From contig RHPI01002368.1 in assembly GCA_009103225.1 (NCBI GenBank), positions 1,025,226 through 1,089,225 on the forward strand: a DNA stretch of 64,000 bases, read 5' to 3'. The position numbers and the translations under genes are program-made. This stretch comes from Chlorokybus atmophyticus (Eukaryota > Plantae > Mesostigma and Chlorokybus algae). The notes under the pieces were generated by a model that did not search any database, was not told the DNA's origin, and was given only the letters and a program-made list of their open reading frames with translations. Below are positions 59,383 through 64,000 of this stretch, one piece after another (position 1 is the stretch's first letter; each line of letters opens with the position of its first letter).

Positions 59383-60870
59383 CTAGCACTTGACGCCATT
59401 CTGTGGTCCAGTCTTTTCGAGCACCAATCCTATCCACCGTTTATAATATGGCAGGCCAGTGTCGATCTCGCCCTCCACAAGCTTCAGCCTGACCTCGATC
59501 ACCGGTCTCACGGAATAGCGCGGGCGAGCAAGCATCATCCGATCAATGGGAACATTAAACAAGGTGTTTCCTCCAAAGGTTTGAACCAAAGGGGGCAGCT
59601 TCAACCGATCCAGCAGGCTTGAAACATAAGACAAGCAAGCGACTATCGAGTATCATATGGCAATGCACTTAGTGATTATGCCTTGAGTTAATGCACACAA
59701 AGTAATGACAAGCAGGCCAAAGCCGAATACAATAGCTCACTTTTGTTACTGGTCTCAATGACAGGTGAGTAGCCTGCAGGTTTGTTTTTATCGGAGTTAT
59801 TTGAATCATTTGATGTGGACGTGGAAGGCTTTGTTGCCTTGCCCTTGCTGGATGACACGCTGTTATCGGGCATGTCTGCAAAGTACAACAAGAGTAGTAT
59901 TGGATTTGTCAAGCCCTTGGCAGTGATGTGGTATGCCATAAGCTACCTCGCAGCCATTCGAAGAACTTTTTGTTCAAGTCGCCTGTTGGATCCACAAGAT
60001 GCTTCAGCACCCTTCGGTTGACATTTGCTGCAAGATCCATTAGATTGAGTTCGTGCTCTGCCTCAGCTTCTTTTTACTTGAAATTGGAACCCTTTGCTTT
60101 GGACAAGATCAGAAGTTCGGCTTTTGGCACAATGACGTCATTGTCGTCGTTGATATTGCTGTAGGGCAACCCGAGACAGTAGATGGACTTTTTATCTGAG
60201 CACCACGCTCCAAGTAGGGCGTAGGTAGATGTGTTGGCCTGTGCACGGTAAGCTAAGCCGGATCTTGGAACTCAAGTAACCCAGGATCTTGGAACTCATG
60301 TAACCCACGCTTATAAACATAACGCTCACCTTACGCTTTACATTAAACCGGTAATTTCCCTGACCCATGTACCGCAACTTCCAAACATGTTGGCGCCCAG
60401 CTTGACCTATTGATTTTAAATTTGCAACGCTTGGTATGAGGATGACTTTGATTGAATTTTGCTTTTTAGCCCATGGCAATTCCAGATCGCTATCTGTCAA
60501 CACAAGCTTGTCACGTACTTGTAAACGTCACACTCATTTCAGATTGGAGACATCTGCTGCACACCCTTAATTACTCACATGAGTAGATGACGGGTTCATC
60601 AACATCACTACTGACGCTGGAATCTTCTTGGTCTTGCTCTTTGTTGTCGCTTGGCTAATTGTTACTGGTGTCTACTTGCTTCCTGTCCTGCTTGTCATCA
60701 TCGGAAGAAATCTCAACCGGCTTTTTCAGCTTTTGAGAACTTGTAAGTGTCTTCTGCGAAGGAGTCTTGTCTTGCTTCTTCTTTGTAGCACTTGTTATTG
60801 GCTGCGTGCCTGCAGGCTTTCATTGCGGTCCCTGACCAGGGCTAACAATTGCCAGGGGTTGTCTGCAGTT
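59383..60870 (-). pseudogene. Spliced, stop-riddled gene of unknown function (possible remote B3-like segment)
   Basis: Acidic/Lys-rich exon (...KKPVEISSDDDKQ...DEPVIYS|gtgagt), then RDKLVLTDSDLELPW...YRFNVKRK| GT-AG intron 60239-60329 |ANTSTYALLGAWCSDKK...FK*KEAE..., frame-consistent across the intron. Confidence 0.55.
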
Positions 60871-60879
60871 CATAACGTA

Positions 60880-61624
60880 ACAAGATCATACATGTATGAG
60901 AAGGCAGTGCTGGACACCAACCGCAGCACCTCACGGCCTAAAGCCAACACAATTATTGAGCCTCCTCGCCGCGAACGTGGCCGGGACGCTCCATCAGCAC
61001 GCAATAAAGAAACACGGTCAACTCATGCTGCTTGGCATTGCCATGTGCTGTGTCATCGCTGTGGACGGCATGGGCATTACTAAAAGGAGTGCACCGAAGA
61101 GTACTCAACTCTGGTCTGCGACTATTGTCACAAGACGGGTCACTTGGAGTTGGTATGCTGGCTCAAGTTCCCTTAGTTGAGACCTGCCAACAGTTACAAC
61201 GGCAACAACTACTCTGGTGGCTACAACAACAACAATGGAGGCCACAACGGCGACAACTCTAGTGGCTACAACTGCAACCACACCGAAGGCCATAACAACA
61301 ACAACAACCACGCCAACGCTCGCAAGGAAGAGCAAGGTTACAAGGGGAAGAATCGTCCTCCTCAGCGCAAGGGACTCGAAAGATGTTCGCGCGCTGCTGT
61401 TGTTGCCGCCAAGGTTTCAGCCAACCCGCCAGCTGATGACCATATTGCTGCCCTCATGGCGCGTATGGCATGCTTGGAGGAAGATAATGAGCAGGACTAC
61501 CGCGCTTGCTATTCTGCCCGATGGGCACTGATGGCTCCAAAGCGCACGAGAGACATGAGCACTACGTCACGCGTTCAACCATCCCGACGAACACGAGGGG
61601 AAGCCGCAACACCGTCAGCAGCTA
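60880..61624 (+). mobile_element. Gypsy family D copy 4 (gag 3' fragment)
   Basis: YEKAVLDTNRS, CHRCGRHGHY*KEC, N/G repeat and MARMACLEED shared with copies 1 and 2. Confidence 0.92.
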
Positions 61625-62885
61625 TGTAACAGCCTGGGGCATTTTTTGTATTTTATTGTACATAAAGTACTTATTTTGCCTTTTTTGCTGGCTTGATGAG
61701 GGCTTTTATGAGCTTTATTAAGCCCATGTGGCGCCTGCCCCTGCTGCCGCGCGCGACTCGCCTGCGACCTGCTCGACAGCAGCTAATTTGGCGATGTGAC
61801 CCACCTGCCACGCGGTTGTGACACAGCCGCTGACTGGACACGCGCTGTGCAGTGCCAGGTGACGCGGACTGCACAGTCACACAGCCGCCGAAGGCCCAAC
61901 GCGCGTGGCGGGGAGCCTGCACTTGGACCTGCCTTTAGATTTGGTAGTGAATAATGAAATGCCTGTTAATTAGGCTATTTCTTCCTAAGTGCTTGTATAA
62001 ATAGAAAAACCCTGTGTAATGCAACCAACTTTGTTTTCTGCTCTCTGCTGTGAGTATGCTGGTGCATGCTTGAGGGAGTTGTAATCCAAGGCACACTGCT
62101 GCGTTCTTGCTTGGCGTGAGAAGTAGTAGTGTTCGTGTGCGTGTGCGCGCTCGACGCGTGCGTGCGTGCGCGAGTGAAGGCAAGGTTCCGGTGTGAAGAT
62201 TGTGCTCAGCTGCACACATGTGTTGTATGACTTGTGTGCTGTGTATGTGAGCACGAGCATCGTTACAGTGGTATCGGAGCCCTTGGAGGGGTTGGGTTTC
62301 TTGTTTTAAGGGGATATTAACTATCTCTTTGGTGTGTGAGGTATTTTTCTGTTTATGGACGCTACCATGGATGATGCACGTGTTGTGGAGCTTCAGCAAG
62401 TGCTGGTAGCTGCTCATGAGGAGCTGCAACGTGTCCAAGCATCTGCCTAAGCTCAAGCGGCACAATTTCAACAAGCCATGGCGCAAGCGCGCGCGTCCAC
62501 GCCCGTTACAGCTCCTGTGGTTGCCCCATCAGCCTCTCGTCATGTGAAGCTACCAAAACCAAAGCCATTCAAGGGTCAGAGGGACGGTGACTATGTTGAG
62601 GAATGGGTGTTTGCCGTTTCGACATGGTTAAAGCTCACCGAGGTACCTATACATCTCCGTGTCGATGTGGCTGCTACTTTCTTTGAGGGAGCTGCACTTG
62701 TGTGGTGGCGTCATCGTTGTGCTCGTGTGGAAGCTGGTCTTGAGGTTCCTTTCACTACCGTGGCTGAGCTGGCTGCTGAGGTGAAGAAACAGTTCGTACC
62801 GGTGGAGAGTGCGAAGACGGCACGCGACCAGCTCTCTACGCTTGTGCAAACGCAGTCCGTGATGGCCTATACACAGGGCTTTTTA
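61625..62885 (+). mobile_element. gag: Ty3/Gypsy element 5' end: LTR 61625-62267, PBS 62269-62280, truncated gag from 62355
   Basis: TGTAAC...GTTACA termini, PBS TGGTATCGGAGC (tRNA-iMet 3'-end type), gag KLPKPKPFKG...FFEGAALVWW...KKQFVP, premature TAA at ~62448. Confidence 0.95.
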
Positions 62886-63245
62886 CGCGCGGACCAGTCG
62901 TACGCAGCCCGTAGACCACGTCTGGTACGTTGTAGCATACCAGTGCCGCGACTGGTCCGGCATGATCGGACCACCGGTGGTCCGGCCCCGGAGCCCGCCG
63001 ATATGGTCCGAACGTCCGGACCAGGGCTGGTGGCGTGTCCCGCGGCTTGTAGACCGGTACAGCACTGGTCAGCACGCGGCCTGAGCAGTAGGACCAAGGC
63101 TGGTCGCATGCCCTGCGGCCTATGAGCCAGGGCAGCACTGGTACAGAATGCATGTACTGTACGGACCAATTATGTCCTCACAAGCGGGACCAAGCTGCAC
63201 TGGTACGGTTGCAAGCGGCCCTCATAGACCATGCATGGTTCCGAA
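62874..63245. repeat. Array of GGACCA/TGGTCC-type motifs in both orientations; candidate DNA-transposon subterminal region
   Basis: Roughly 18 exact or variant copies in ~360 bp, including the perfect palindrome CGGACCACCGGTGGTCCG (62967-62984). It replaces the rest of the gag gene. Confidence 0.75.
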
Positions 63246-63250
63246 ACCGA

Positions 63251-63310
63251 AACAGCACTCAACAACTCAACAGCACTCAACAACTCAACAGCACTCAACA
63301 ACTCAACAGC
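63251..63310. repeat. 18-bp tandem repeat (AACAGCACTCAACAACTC) x ~3.4
   Basis: Directly visible. Confidence 0.95.
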
Positions 63311-63569
63311 TCTTTTGAATCATTAATATATTATGATAACCAACGGTGAAGAATGACGTCGGAAGCATACGACACATCTCACCTGGTCCATTGCTCCCAA
63401 GGTCACGTGCGCCAATGCTAAACAAGTAGCAGGCACTGGGCATGCATGGTCCCCTGTCCATTTGCTAGGGTTTTGGGCTTGCGCTGCAGTCTCGGCGGCG
63501 GCGGCGGCGGCGGCGGTGGCGAAAACCTTTGGAACAGCTGGTTTCGTGGGTACTACGCATGCACCCAGC

Positions 63570-63856
63570 ATGGCGGACCGAAAAGCAGCTGATATTGCTG
63601 AAAGACTCCACCAGTCTATCGGACTCAAGCTACCTGCAGTCAACCTTGCAGCTTTGCGCAAGCGGAAGCAGCGTTCCAAGTTGGTTGTCAACGCAACGCA
63701 AGGTCTCCTACGTCAAAAGGACTTGGAGTTGAGTTAAAGAGAGCAAGCTCTTGCCCGCAGAGAAGCTGAGGTGTCCCAACTTTTGGCTGATAGCGGCCTC
63801 GCTGGTGACAACGCGTCCCCCATGGAGGTGGATGGGCAGGCAGACCCCTCACTCAG
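63570..63856 (+). pseudogene. Probable first exon of an unidentified gene, with in-frame stop
   Basis: MADRKAADIAERLHQSIGLKLPAVNLAALRKRKQRSK...LELS*REQALARREAEV... ending at CAG|gtaac. Preceded by a telo-box-like TAGGGTTT (63466-63473) and (GGC)n. Confidence 0.45.
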
Positions 63857-64000
63857 GTAACATCCTTGCCCCCACTAGCTAGCTTTCAAGCCTCATTGCG
63901 ACACAGCCAGCACATATTTCTTGACAGCAGCTGTTAAGCGCCTTATATGACTCCCTGCAGGCCAGCTTCAGCAACTCAGCCTGCTGCTCACCCCCCTGCA

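Noticed and set aside
62886-63310. CRISPR array
   Set aside because: Eukaryotic context, 5-6 bp motifs in mixed orientation, no constant 23-50 bp repeat with unique spacers, no cas genes.

Overview
Eukaryotic, intron-containing DNA of roughly 55% GC that looks like a green alga (chlorophyte or streptophyte alga; this is inference, from short GT-AG introns of about 60-100 bp, a root-cap-domain gene and Osser-type Copia elements). The window is mostly a nested transposon island. The main recipient element is a fragmented Ty3/Gypsy-type retrotransposon ('family D', four partial copies). Its polyprotein reads Gag(CCHC, N/G-rich) - long unknown region - aspartic protease - C5-cytosine DNA methyltransferase - RT - start of RNase H. 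Its first copy is interrupted by Ty1/Copia insertions, three of them with clear 5-bp TSDs, including one intact element with identical LTRs and an unbroken 1323-aa ORF (26297-31201). Also present: a decayed chromovirus, an L1-like LINE with an 830-bp inverted duplication, several solo LTRs, an 810-bp fold-back element carrying tRNA-type A/B boxes that splits an EGF exon, and a GGACC-repeat array that may be a DNA transposon end. There is one well-supported host gene (7 coding exons, secreted Pro-rich root-cap/VWD-like protein, 46656-48822) and several spliced pseudogenes (EGF+PAN, PHD finger, possibly B3-like). No rRNA, true tRNA or CRISPR is supported. All alignments and motif calls were made by eye; the N gap and single Ns mark likely assembly joins.
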